64,000 nt of DNA, from NCBI GenBank assembly GCA_943354045.1, contig CALRBF010000004.1, forward strand, positions 710 to 64,709, in the 5' to 3' direction. The DNA comes from Parcubacteria group bacterium. Lineage in GTDB: Bacteria; Patescibacteriota; Minisyncoccia; SW-4-49-11. Below, one piece after another: positions 10,136-19,421 of the stretch. Positions within the stretch are counted from its first letter, which is position 1, and each line of letters starts with the position of its first letter. The notes under the pieces were generated by a model. That model had not been told where the DNA came from, ran no database searches, and saw only the letters and a program-made list of their open reading frames with translations. The translations under genes and the position numbers were made by a program.

Positions 10136-11239
10136 ATGGTAAAGTCAAATGATACTACTTCAAAACAAGCCCTTGACAAAATAGTGAAAGCACTGATTAT
10201 ACAAGGTAAAGAGCGAGGATTTGTGACCGAAACAGAAATTATGTATGCTCTTCCTAATATTGAGGATAATCTCGAGCAATTAGAAGAGTTGTATGATATC
10301 CTCAAAGAAAAAGGTATTAAAGTACAAGATGAAGTTGAATTCCTACCCGGAGTAAATAGTGATGGAATTGAGGAAAGTGAAACATATACTTCATTAGAAA
10401 AGTGGGAAGAAGAATTACCAGATCCCGTACAAATGTATTTAAAAGAAATTGGAAATATTCCTCTTTTAAACAAGGAGCAGGAAATTTATATTTCAAAAAG
10501 AGTTCTCGAAGGAGATGAGGAAGCAAAGCGGGAACTCGCTGAAGCTAATTTGAGGCTCGTAGTATCTATTGCCAAAAAATATGTAGGAAGAAGTCCTAAT
10601 CTTACGCTATTAGATTTAATTCAAGAGGGGAATTTAGGATTATTCAAAGCAATTGATAAATTTGATTATTCAAAAGGATTCAAATTTTCAACCTATGCAA
10701 CATGGTGGATAAGACAAGCAATTACCAGAGCTCTTGCTGATCAATCTCGAACTATTCGTATTCCTGTCCATATGGTCGAGACTATTAATAAATATTCTCA
10801 AGTAGTACGTAATCTTGTACAAGAATTAGGAAGAGAACCATTGCCAGAAGAAATTGCAGCGGAAATGGATTTAGATGTAGAAAAAGTACATCAAATTATC
10901 AAAATTAATCAAGATACTATATCTCTGCAAGCTCCAGTAGGAGATGAAGATGGAAGTTCTCTTGGAGATTTTATTGAAGACACAGAATCATTAAGCCCTA
11001 CTCAAACAGCTAGTCGTAATCTCCTTCGTGAGCATTTACAAGAAATTTTAGATGATCTTAATGATAGAGAGCAAAAAATCCTTCAAATGCGATTTGGTCT
11101 AGAGGATGGAATTACTCATACTTTAGAGGAAGTAGGAGCTGAATTTAATGTGACTCGTGAGCGTATTCGTCAAATTGAGGTAAAAGCTCTTGAAAAAATA
11201 CGAGAACATGTTAATATTCGTAAATTACGAGATTATTAG
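10136..11239 (+). CDS. rpoD: RNA polymerase primary sigma factor (sigma-70 family, short N-terminus)
   Basis: Region 2 [28 protein letters not shown]. Region 4 [26 protein letters not shown]. Confidence 0.9.
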   Translation: MVKSNDTTSKQALDKIVKALIIQGKERGFVTETEIMYALPNIEDNLEQLEELYDILKEKGIKVQDEVEFLPGVNSDGIEESETYTSLEKWEEELPDPVQMYLKEIGNIPLLNKEQEIYISKRVLEGDEEAKRELAEANLRLVVSIAKKYVGRSPNLTLLDLIQEGNLGLFKAIDKFDYSKGFKFSTYATWWIRQAITRALADQSRTIRIPVHMVETINKYSQVVRNLVQELGREPLPEEIAAEMDLDVEKVHQIIKINQDTISLQAPVGDEDGSSLGDFIEDTESLSPTQTASRNLLREHLQEILDDLNDREQKILQMRFGLEDGITHTLEEVGAEFNVTRERIRQIEVKALEKIREHVNIRKLRDY

Positions 11240-11343
11240 AGTCTTACCTCTTCACAAAATTAAAAAAGTAAATAATATTTGAAGAAATCTCTATATTGTA
11301 TTATAGTGAGGGTAATGAGAATGTAAAAATAAAAAGAACTCTT

Positions 11344-13251
11344 ATGAGAATACAAAGAAAAAATAAAGGTTTTACGTTATTAGAGATATTATTAGTAATA
11401 GCGGCAATAGGAATATTGGCAGCTGTTGTGTTAATTGCAATAAACCCGAATAAACAAATAGAAGCAGCAAGGGAAGCAAAGAGGAAATCAGATCAAAATG
11501 CAATAGCAAAAGCAATACAACAATATAGTATAGATAATAATGGACAATATCCAGCGGGGATAGATATAGGAGCAAAGGTAATCTGTAATACAAAAGCAGA
11601 ACAAGTAGGCAGTACAACAATCTGTACTAATAAAACAGACTTAAGATTATTAGTCCCAAACTATATAGCAAGTATACCGGAACCAGATAGTAATAATTAT
11701 TATGTAAGGAGAAGTAATAATAGTATAGAAGTGAGTCATCCAAGAGATAATATATGGAATATAGGAGGAACACCAAGTTTAGACCTCAACTTTGCAAGAG
11801 ATAAGAGTTTGATAGATAGTGTAAGTGGGAATAATTCTATAACTTTTACTCGAAATAGTATAGGAACCTATGTAGGTTCAGATGGACTAATCAAGACAGC
11901 AGGAATCAATGAACCAAGATTTGATCATAATCCAGTTACTGGGGAGAGCTTGGGGCTGCTGGTGGAGGAGGAGAGGAGTAATTTTGCTTTAATTTCACAA
12001 AGACACGATTTTAATTGGGTACTTCAAGTTTCTGGTGGGGCAGGAGAATTTATTGATGGAGAAACTATAACAACAAGTACAACAGGTGCAACTGGTATTT
12101 ATGTTGTATCTCTATCAAACTCAACATATTTTGTTGCAAAAGGTATCTCTGGATTTCCTGCAGGAATTATAACTGGTTCTATAAGTGGTGCTACTAGAAA
12201 CATTACTTCATTTTATTACAATAATCCTTCAAACCTAACAACAACTGACCCAAACATAACAAATGAAGTTTTATCTCCAGACGGAACATATAATGCAACT
12301 TTAGTAGTCCCAAAAGCAAATGGAAGTCAGTTAAGAACTATTGGAAAACGATATACAACTTCTACTGCTAGAACTTACACATTCAGTATATTTTTTAAGA
12401 ATAAAAACATTTCAAATAATCTTGTTGCAATATATTTAGGAAATCAAACATCATTATCTAATGTTGTTGCAAACTTCAATCTATCTACAAAAACTTTTTC
12501 TACAGTAGGTCAGAATGGAGGATGGACTGGAAGTGTTGGATATCAAGATTATCCAAATGGTTGGATGAGGATCTGGGTAACTGCTACGACAACTGCTAAT
12601 TCTCATACATTTTTAGACGGTTCTTTTTGGTTAGGAGGGTATCAAGGAACTAATGAAAACATCGGTTCTTTATATGTTTGGGAAAGTCAATTAGAGCAGG
12701 GTTCTTTCCCAACATCACAAATATCAACAACAACTACTTCTTCAACAAGAGATAGAGAAGTCTCAATAGTAGATGGAAGTAATTTTACAGATTTTTACAA
12801 TCCATTGGAGGGTAGTATATATACTAAGTATAATATCAAAGGTTCCTTTGGTATCGATGGATTTAATAGAGTGTTTGAGATTTCTAATGGAACTCCTAAT
12901 AATAGATTTACGTTATTGTCACTAGGAGTAAATGATGATGTATATGAGGGGTGGCAGATCAATGGATTTAATGACATTAACTTTAATACAATAAACACAA
13001 CTCATAACAGATTTTATAAATGGATTGCTGGATATAAAGAAAATGACTTCCAGAGATATTCTATTGATGCAAACGGTAATTTAGATAGTAACACAGATAT
13101 TTCTATTGGGTTAAGTAGTTTCATACCCAATCAATTTAATATTGGATATGAAGTATCTTCTAATATTAGACAGTTAAACGGACATATTGATAGGTTAACT
13201 TATTGGCCAACACGCTTATCAAATGCTACATTACAATCTATAACTCAATAA
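11344..13251 (+). CDS. Large type IV pilin/pseudopilin-like protein with a roughly 600-aa C-terminal extracellular domain
   Basis: Class III signal peptide MRIQRKNKG|FTLLEILLVIAAIGILAAVVLIA (Gly-1, Phe+1, Glu+5). The rest is Ser/Thr/Asn-rich with many N-x-S/T sequons. The ORF track starts it at an upstream in-frame TTG (11296). ATG 11344 gives a canonical 9-aa leader. Confidence 0.75.
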   Translation: MRIQRKNKGFTLLEILLVIAAIGILAAVVLIAINPNKQIEAAREAKRKSDQNAIAKAIQQYSIDNNGQYPAGIDIGAKVICNTKAEQVGSTTICTNKTDLRLLVPNYIASIPEPDSNNYYVRRSNNSIEVSHPRDNIWNIGGTPSLDLNFARDKSLIDSVSGNNSITFTRNSIGTYVGSDGLIKTAGINEPRFDHNPVTGESLGLLVEEERSNFALISQRHDFNWVLQVSGGAGEFIDGETITTSTTGATGIYVVSLSNSTYFVAKGISGFPAGIITGSISGATRNITSFYYNNPSNLTTTDPNITNEVLSPDGTYNATLVVPKANGSQLRTIGKRYTTSTARTYTFSIFFKNKNISNNLVAIYLGNQTSLSNVVANFNLSTKTFSTVGQNGGWTGSVGYQDYPNGWMRIWVTATTTANSHTFLDGSFWLGGYQGTNENIGSLYVWESQLEQGSFPTSQISTTTTSSTRDREVSIVDGSNFTDFYNPLEGSIYTKYNIKGSFGIDGFNRVFEISNGTPNNRFTLLSLGVNDDVYEGWQINGFNDINFNTINTTHNRFYKWIAGYKENDFQRYSIDANGNLDSNTDISIGLSSFIPNQFNIGYEVSSNIRQLNGHIDRLTYWPTRLSNATLQSITQ

Positions 13252-13277
13252 AATAATCACATCATCATATGCTACTC

Positions 13278-13306
13278 TTCACAAAGCAATATATTTATGC
13301 TACAAT
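13278..13306 (+). promoter_or_regulatory. Promoter for rplK-rplA (TTCACA-17 nt-TACAAT with a TG extended -10)
   Basis: ttcaca at 13278-13283, a 17-nt spacer ending in tgc, then tacaat at 13301-13306. Confidence 0.45.
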
Positions 13307-13342
13307 ATATTTTGATTATATAATTTATAGGGAATAGAGAAT

Positions 13343-13768
13343 ATGAGTAAGCCAATTAAATCAGTTGTAAAGTTACAAGTTAAAGGTGGACAAGCAACCC
13401 CAGCTCCACCTGTGGGAACCGCACTCGGACCCCATGGAATTAAGTTACAAGAATTTTGTATCAAATTTAATGATGCAACGAGAGAGCAACAAGGAGAAGT
13501 TGTACCAGTAGAGGTGACAATTTATGAAGATAGAACCTTTGATTTTGTTCTCAAAATTTCTCCAGTTTCAGCTCTTATCAAAAAAGAATTAAAGCTTTCT
13601 AAGGGTTCTTCAATCCCAAATAAGACAAAGGTAGGAAAATTAAGTAAAGCTCAGGTATCAGCAATAGCTGAGAAAAAATTACCTGATCTTAATGCCTTTG
13701 AACTAGAAGCTGCTATGAAAATAGTAGAAGGAACTGCTCGATCAATGGGAGTAGAAATAACAGAGTAG
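13343..13768 (+). CDS. rplK: 50S ribosomal protein L11
   Basis: VKLQVKGGQATPAPPVGTALGPHGIKLQEFCIKFN. Confidence 0.9.
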   Translation: MSKPIKSVVKLQVKGGQATPAPPVGTALGPHGIKLQEFCIKFNDATREQQGEVVPVEVTIYEDRTFDFVLKISPVSALIKKELKLSKGSSIPNKTKVGKLSKAQVSAIAEKKLPDLNAFELEAAMKIVEGTARSMGVEITE

Positions 13769-13813
13769 GAGAGTATTTTATAATATTCGCTAATACTACA
13801 TAACTATATACGT

Positions 13814-14494
13814 ATGAGATCCAAAGCCTATCGCAATATTATTGAACAATTAGACCGAACAAAGATATATTCATTAACCGAGGGTATCCCTGTGGTATTA
13901 AGTTTTGCAAGAGCAAAATTCACTGAAAGTGTAGATATTCATATTAAGACTAATCTTAAAGGTACTAAGGGACCACAATCTGTAAGAGGAACAGTAATTT
14001 TTAGTAAGCCAATTGCGAAAGGAAAAACAGTTTTAGTATTAACTGAGGATGAAGCTAAATTGCAACAAGCTATAGCTGCAGGAGCTGATAAAGTTGGAGG
14101 AAAAGAAATTATTGATGAGATTAAACAAGCTGGAGGTATTAATTATGATGTAGTAATTGCAACCACTGATTTTATGCGATTTGTAGCTCCAGTGGCTAAA
14201 ATTTTAGGGCCAAAAGGACTTATGCCTTCTCCTAAAAATGGAACAGTAACTGATGATGTTGATAGAGTTGTGAGAGAATTTAAAGCTGGTAAAGCTGAAT
14301 TTAGAATGGATAAAACAGGTGTTATTCATCAAGCTATTGGGAATATAACATTTACACCAGAAGAATTAGAAAAGAATATCCGAGAATTTGTTGCTGAAGT
14401 ACAAAAGCATCAACCAGAAAAAGTAAAGGGTGAATTTGTAAAGCATATATATCTTTCTCTCACTCAAAGTCCATCCATTAAAGTAAAGCTTTAA
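13814..14494 (+). CDS. rplA: 50S ribosomal protein L1
   Basis: [25 protein letters not shown] ... [32 protein letters not shown]. Confidence 0.9.
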   Translation: MRSKAYRNIIEQLDRTKIYSLTEGIPVVLSFARAKFTESVDIHIKTNLKGTKGPQSVRGTVIFSKPIAKGKTVLVLTEDEAKLQQAIAAGADKVGGKEIIDEIKQAGGINYDVVIATTDFMRFVAPVAKILGPKGLMPSPKNGTVTDDVDRVVREFKAGKAEFRMDKTGVIHQAIGNITFTPEELEKNIREFVAEVQKHQPEKVKGEFVKHIYLSLTQSPSIKVKL

Positions 14495-14510
14495 TAGATA
14501 GTACACAAAA

Positions 14511-14537
14511 AAAGAGAGCCGAAAGGCTCTTTTTTGT
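14511..14537 (+). terminator. Rho-independent terminator after rplA
   Basis: aaaaaagagagcc-gaaa-ggctct followed by tttttt: a GC-rich hairpin plus a T-run, 17 nt after the rplA stop. Confidence 0.7.
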
Positions 14538-14652
14538 ATTATGGAGCTAACCATTCTCAACAATAGAGAGGTATCAGATATATATATATTAACTTATTTG
14601 GTGCTATAATCTTTGCCGACTGTGGATAACTTTCTTTGTTTTTAGATAAAAT

Positions 14653-14698
14653 ACATAACTAGTAGTATAATTTGGCTTTTTTATACTATATATAGTGG
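14653..14698 (+). promoter_or_regulatory. NrdR-box-like operator(s) overlapping the putative nrdA promoter
   Basis: atACTATATATAGTgg at 14683-14698 contains a perfect 12-bp palindrome and matches the NrdR box consensus acaCwAtATaTwGtgt at 14 of 16 positions. A weaker copy acataactagtagtat at 14653-14668 lies 30 bp centre-to-centre upstream and overlaps a TAGTATAAT -10. Confidence 0.5.
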
Positions 14699-14774
14699 TT
14701 AAATTGTATATTGAAAATAATTCTGATATAATAATTCTACCTCTTAATAATAGATAAACATAATATATACAGAT

Positions 14775-17681
14775 ATGGCAGTTACACAAATTACCAAAAG
14801 AGACGGAGAAATCGTAGCTTTTAATCCGGCAAAAATCTGGAAAGCAATTAGTAAGGCTTTTTTAGATGTTAAACAAAATTTTACAGCCGAGGAGGCAAAG
14901 CAAGTCGATGGTGTCACTGAGTCAGTAGTAAATGCCTTAGACGAGCAATTTATAGATAATTATCCTACAGTTGAAATTGTACAGGATATTGTAGAAAAAA
15001 AGTTAATGGAAAGAGGTTTTTATGATGTGGCAAAAGGATATATTTTATATCGAAAAGCTCATGATGATGCCCGCCGTGAGGAATTAGAGAGATTAGAGGG
15101 GGCTCATCCAAGTTTGAAAGTTCGTAAAGCTTCTGGTGAAGTTGTGTCATTTAATCGATATAATATTAATAAGACAATATCATATTCTCTTACAGGATTA
15201 GAACAAGATATTGATGTTGATTTAATTATTTCTGGAATTGAGAATAGTATTTATGATGGGATGACAACCAAAGAGATTTCACAAATTATTGTGATGACAG
15301 TACGCTCCTATATTGATCGTGATCCAGCTTATTCAGTATTAGCTGCCCGGTTATTACTCAATACTATTTATGAAGGGGTGATTGGAGAGGATTTAGATTA
15401 TGCGAATTTAGACACTTTGTATCGTGAAGCTTTTGTTAATAATATTCAGGCTGCGGTAAATGCTGGGATTTTAAGTAAAGATATGCTGGATTATAATCTA
15501 GAATGGCTCGCGACAAAAATAAAGCCAGAGCGTGATAATTTATTCAAATTCCTTGGTATTCAAACCCTATATGATAGATATTTTATCAAAGATCCTGTAA
15601 GTAAAAAAATGTTTGATACTCCTCAAGGATTTTGGATGCGAGTAGCTATGGGTTTGGCCTTAGTCGAAAAACCTGAGGTTAGAGAACAAAAAGTAGTAGA
15701 CTTTTATGAAATTATGTCTCAGATGTATTTTGTTCCATCTACTCCAACTCTATTCCATGCAGGAACAAATCATCCTCAATTATCTTCTTGTTATCTTAAT
15801 ACTATCGAAGACGATTTAAGTCATATCTTTAAAGTAATTGGAGATAATGCTCAGATGTCAAAATGGTCTGGAGGTATTGGAACTGATTTTACTAATTTAC
15901 GCGGTATTGGAGCATTAATTAAAGGTACTGGCGTGGAAAGTCAGGGTATTATTCCTTTTCTTAAGGTTGCCAATGATACTACCGCTGCTATTAATCGTAG
16001 TGGAAAAAGACGAGGAGCAGCGGTGGTTTATCTTGAGACTTGGCATATTGATATAGAGGATTTCTTAGAGCTTAGAAAGAATACTGGGGATGAGAGAAGG
16101 AGAACTCATGATATGAATACCGCTAATTGGATTCCTGATTTATTTATGGAGCGAGTTCGTCAAGATGGAGAGTGGACATTATTTTCTCCAGACGAGACTC
16201 CAGATTTACATCATATTTATGGGCAAGAATTCAATACTGCTTATAAAAACTATGAAAGATTAGCTGATGAAGGCAAAATTAAGTTATTTCGTAGGATGAA
16301 AGCTAAAGATCTTTGGCGAAAAATGATTACGATGTTATATGAAACAGGTCATCCTTGGATTACCTTCAAAGATCCATCTAATATCAGGTCTCCTCAAGAT
16401 CATGTGGGAGTTATTCATAATTCTAATCTTTGTACAGAAATTACGCTTAATAATTCAGCTGAGGAAACCGCTGTATGTAATCTTGGGTCTCTGAACTTAA
16501 AGTATTTTGTAAAGAATGGAGCCTTTGATAAAGAGTTAATCGCAAGAGTAGTCCCAATTGCAATTAGAATGTTGGATAATGTTATTGATATTAATTTTTA
16601 TCCAACAAAAGAAGGTGAAGTATCCAATAAACGACATCGTCCAATTGGACTTGGTATTATGGGATATCATGATGCTTTATATCAATTAGATATTAATTTT
16701 GACACTGAGGAGGCGGTAGAATTTGCAGACTACTCTATGGAAGCAATCTCTTATTATTCTATTCTAGCTTCTAGTCAATTAGCCCAAGAAAAAGGAGCTT
16801 ATGAAAGCTTTAAGGGGTCTAAATGGGATAGAGGTATTCTTCCCGTAGATACTATTAATCTCTTAGAGCAATCTCGGGAAATGCAAATTCCAGTAAACAG
16901 AATTGAGAGATTAGATTGGGCTCCTGTGAGAGAGTCAATAAAGGTTTATGGTATGAGAAATTCTAATACTATGGCTATTGCCCCTACTTCTAATTTAGCA
17001 AATATTACTGATGCGGTACCCGCTAATGAGCCAATATATAAGAACTTATATGTAAAATCAAATCAAGCAGGAGATTTTACTGTTATCAATTCTTATTTGA
17101 TTGAGGATTTGAAAAAGATTGGATTATGGAGTCCTGCTATTGCTGAAAAAGTAAAATACTTTGATGGATCTATTGCTCAAATTACCGAGATCCCAGAAAA
17201 CTTAAGAGCAAAATATAAAGAGGTATTTGAAATTAATCCAAAATGGTTAGTAAAGGCGGCAGCCTATCGTGGTAAATGGATGGATCAAAGTCAATCATTA
17301 AATATATTTTATCGAGGTGTTTCAGGAAAAGATATTGCTGATGTATATATGTATGCTTGGGAAATGGGAGTTAAAACAACGTATTATCTAAGAACTCTTG
17401 CTATATCCCAAGTAGAAAAATCAACGGTAAGTATTAATGAATTTGGAACCACTCATCGCCGAGACTTTAGTCAATCAACAGTAAATGCAAGTTCAGAACA
17501 ACAGGTAATACCGGAAGCTGAACCATTAGCTAATACAATAGAGTCAGGTTTAACTCAAGACCCAAATCCTAATCCCAGTACTTTAAGACCCTCAATATCG
17601 CTGGAGAATTTGCCTCCTCAATCACCAAAATCTAATATATTTGCGGTGATAGAAGGTCAAATTTGCGATTCTTGTCAATAA
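14775..17681 (+). CDS. nrdA: Ribonucleoside-diphosphate reductase alpha subunit (class I) with two N-terminal ATP-cone domains
   Basis: Two ATP cones (ITKRDGEIVAFNPAKI; VRKASGEVVSFNRYNI). Catalytic core with NLCTEITL, plus a C-terminal CDSCQ redox tail. 968 aa with a low-complexity Pro/Ser/Asn C-terminal spacer. Confidence 0.9.
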   Translation: MAVTQITKRDGEIVAFNPAKIWKAISKAFLDVKQNFTAEEAKQVDGVTESVVNALDEQFIDNYPTVEIVQDIVEKKLMERGFYDVAKGYILYRKAHDDARREELERLEGAHPSLKVRKASGEVVSFNRYNINKTISYSLTGLEQDIDVDLIISGIENSIYDGMTTKEISQIIVMTVRSYIDRDPAYSVLAARLLLNTIYEGVIGEDLDYANLDTLYREAFVNNIQAAVNAGILSKDMLDYNLEWLATKIKPERDNLFKFLGIQTLYDRYFIKDPVSKKMFDTPQGFWMRVAMGLALVEKPEVREQKVVDFYEIMSQMYFVPSTPTLFHAGTNHPQLSSCYLNTIEDDLSHIFKVIGDNAQMSKWSGGIGTDFTNLRGIGALIKGTGVESQGIIPFLKVANDTTAAINRSGKRRGAAVVYLETWHIDIEDFLELRKNTGDERRRTHDMNTANWIPDLFMERVRQDGEWTLFSPDETPDLHHIYGQEFNTAYKNYERLADEGKIKLFRRMKAKDLWRKMITMLYETGHPWITFKDPSNIRSPQDHVGVIHNSNLCTEITLNNSAEETAVCNLGSLNLKYFVKNGAFDKELIARVVPIAIRMLDNVIDINFYPTKEGEVSNKRHRPIGLGIMGYHDALYQLDINFDTEEAVEFADYSMEAISYYSILASSQLAQEKGAYESFKGSKWDRGILPVDTINLLEQSREMQIPVNRIERLDWAPVRESIKVYGMRNSNTMAIAPTSNLANITDAVPANEPIYKNLYVKSNQAGDFTVINSYLIEDLKKIGLWSPAIAEKVKYFDGSIAQITEIPENLRAKYKEVFEINPKWLVKAAAYRGKWMDQSQSLNIFYRGVSGKDIADVYMYAWEMGVKTTYYLRTLAISQVEKSTVSINEFGTTHRRDFSQSTVNASSEQQVIPEAEPLANTIESGLTQDPNPNPSTLRPSISLENLPPQSPKSNIFAVIEGQICDSCQ

Positions 17682-17702
17682 TAAACTCAATAAAAACTAT
17701 AT

Positions 17703-18737
17703 ATGGCTATTACACAAACAAATCAAAGAATTAATATTAATGATAGAAGAGTTATTAATGGAAAAGATGCAGATGTAGTACAATTACATCCTATGAAACA
17801 TACTTTTGCCTGGGATGCTTATCTTACAGGGAATGCTAATCATTGGCTTCCAACTGAAATTAGTATGCAAATTGATGTAGAACAATGGAAATCAAATAGT
17901 ATTTTAACCGAAGATGAGCGACTCGCCTTCAAAACCGTATTAGGGTTTTTTACTACGGCTGATTCTCTTGCTGCTAATAATTTGGTGCTTGCTACCTATA
18001 AGCATATTACTTCTCCTGAAATTAGAATGTTTTTGTTAAGGCAAGCTTATGAAGAAGCTATTCATACTCAAGCTTATCAATATATTGTAGAAAGTCTAGG
18101 ACTTGATGGAGGGGGAATATTCAATATGTATCGCGAAGTTCAAAGTATTTATAATAAAGCTTCTTTTTTTGTGTCATTTAATGATGGAATTTTGAATCCA
18201 TATTTTAAAACAGGTACTTTTGCCTCTGATCAAAAATTCTTAGAAAATCTTTGTGTATTTTCTCTTATTGTTGAGGGAATCTTCTTTTATAGTTCTTTTG
18301 CAGTGATATTTAGTTTTCAGCGACAAAATAAAATGCCTGGTAGTGCTGAGCAAATCCAATATATTATGCGAGATGAATCTACTCATCTCAACTTTGGAGC
18401 TGATATGATTAATGCTATCAAACAGGAGCAACCAGAATTATGGACACAAGAATTTCAAGCCCATATTACGGATTTGATTAAAGAAGCAGTGGGGCTTGAA
18501 TATGAATTTGCAACAACTTGCTTCCCAAGAGGTATAATGGGAATTAGTGCAGATGGATTTAGAAGATATATTGAATATATTGCAGATAGAAGATTGCAAA
18601 GAGTAGGTCTCTCAATTGTATATGGAACAGAAAATCCATTTTCATGGATGTCTGAATCAGTAGATTTATCCAAAGAAAAGAATTTCTTTGAAACTCGTGT
18701 GACTGAATATCAAACAGGAGGAACCCTAGACTGGTAA
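17703..18737 (+). CDS. nrdB: Ribonucleoside-diphosphate reductase beta subunit
   Basis: Di-iron ligand regions EEAIHTQAYQYI and ESTHLNF. Radical-site region FFYSSFAVIFSF. Directly downstream of nrdA. Confidence 0.85.
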   Translation: MAITQTNQRININDRRVINGKDADVVQLHPMKHTFAWDAYLTGNANHWLPTEISMQIDVEQWKSNSILTEDERLAFKTVLGFFTTADSLAANNLVLATYKHITSPEIRMFLLRQAYEEAIHTQAYQYIVESLGLDGGGIFNMYREVQSIYNKASFFVSFNDGILNPYFKTGTFASDQKFLENLCVFSLIVEGIFFYSSFAVIFSFQRQNKMPGSAEQIQYIMRDESTHLNFGADMINAIKQEQPELWTQEFQAHITDLIKEAVGLEYEFATTCFPRGIMGISADGFRRYIEYIADRRLQRVGLSIVYGTENPFSWMSESVDLSKEKNFFETRVTEYQTGGTLDW

Positions 18738-18771
18738 AAATAAAAAAGTCCTCAGTAGATATTACCAAGGA

Positions 18772-19353
18772 CTAGAGACTAATATTGTGCGGTGTCGGGT
18801 GAAATATATTGCCATATTGCTCAATCATATCTTTCCAGGTAGAGGTAAATGGCTTTCCGTCAATCGGAGTCACTCCTAGGGCAAAAGCATTATATTCCCA
18901 GAACCGCAAACGTTCTTCACGTAATATTTGGCCTTTCGTAGTATGAGGATTTATCGCCATACTGATGGGTTGATGATTAGAGGTATTTTCTCCATCAGTA
19001 CACCAGGCAGTTACAATAAGGAATTCTCCCTCCTTTGATGTGGGTTGAGTAACTATAGCTAATATCCCAGCATCATAGCCAGGGTGGTCTATAACAGAAG
19101 AAGGAGCTTGTCTACCCGCTCTAAAGGCAAACAAATTTGCTTTATGATTTAATGGAACGATAGATGACTTTCCCCATAATCCAAATTTCTCTGTCAAGTC
19201 AACCAGAATAACTTCTTGAGTTGGGGGAGGAGTTATTCTCGCTAGACCTGCTACTAAGATTTCTGGAGTGACTTCTGGATGAGCTTTGAGATGATGTACA
19301 TTTTCAAAGGTAAATGTACCATTGGGAAAAACGTATTCTTCTTGAAATATCAT
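18772..19353 (-). CDS. Hypothetical protein, possibly dCTP deaminase/dUTPase-superfamily (Dcd-like)
   Basis: 193 aa (same length as E. coli Dcd). AGRQAPSSVIDHPGYDAGILAI weakly resembles the Dcd GRSSLARLG...IDPGWSG block. It is one of only two minus-strand genes here, looks somewhat GC-richer than its neighbours, and sits next to nrdAB. Confidence 0.35.
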   Translation of the reverse strand: MIFQEEYVFPNGTFTFENVHHLKAHPEVTPEILVAGLARITPPPTQEVILVDLTEKFGLWGKSSIVPLNHKANLFAFRAGRQAPSSVIDHPGYDAGILAIVTQPTSKEGEFLIVTAWCTDGENTSNHQPISMAINPHTTKGQILREERLRFWEYNAFALGVTPIDGKPFTSTWKDMIEQYGNIFHPTPHNISL

Positions 19354-19421
19354 GGTCTCAATGATGTGAGAGATCTCAACAAGAATAGCATTAAAATCTA
19401 TTTTTCACAATATATATTCAT

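Noticed and set aside
11296-11343. TTG at 11296 (ORF-track start) as the pilin start codon.
   Set aside because: ATG at 11344 yields a canonical short basic prepilin leader ending in Gly immediately before FTLLE. The upstream extension (YYSEGNENVKIKRTL) is not pilin-like.
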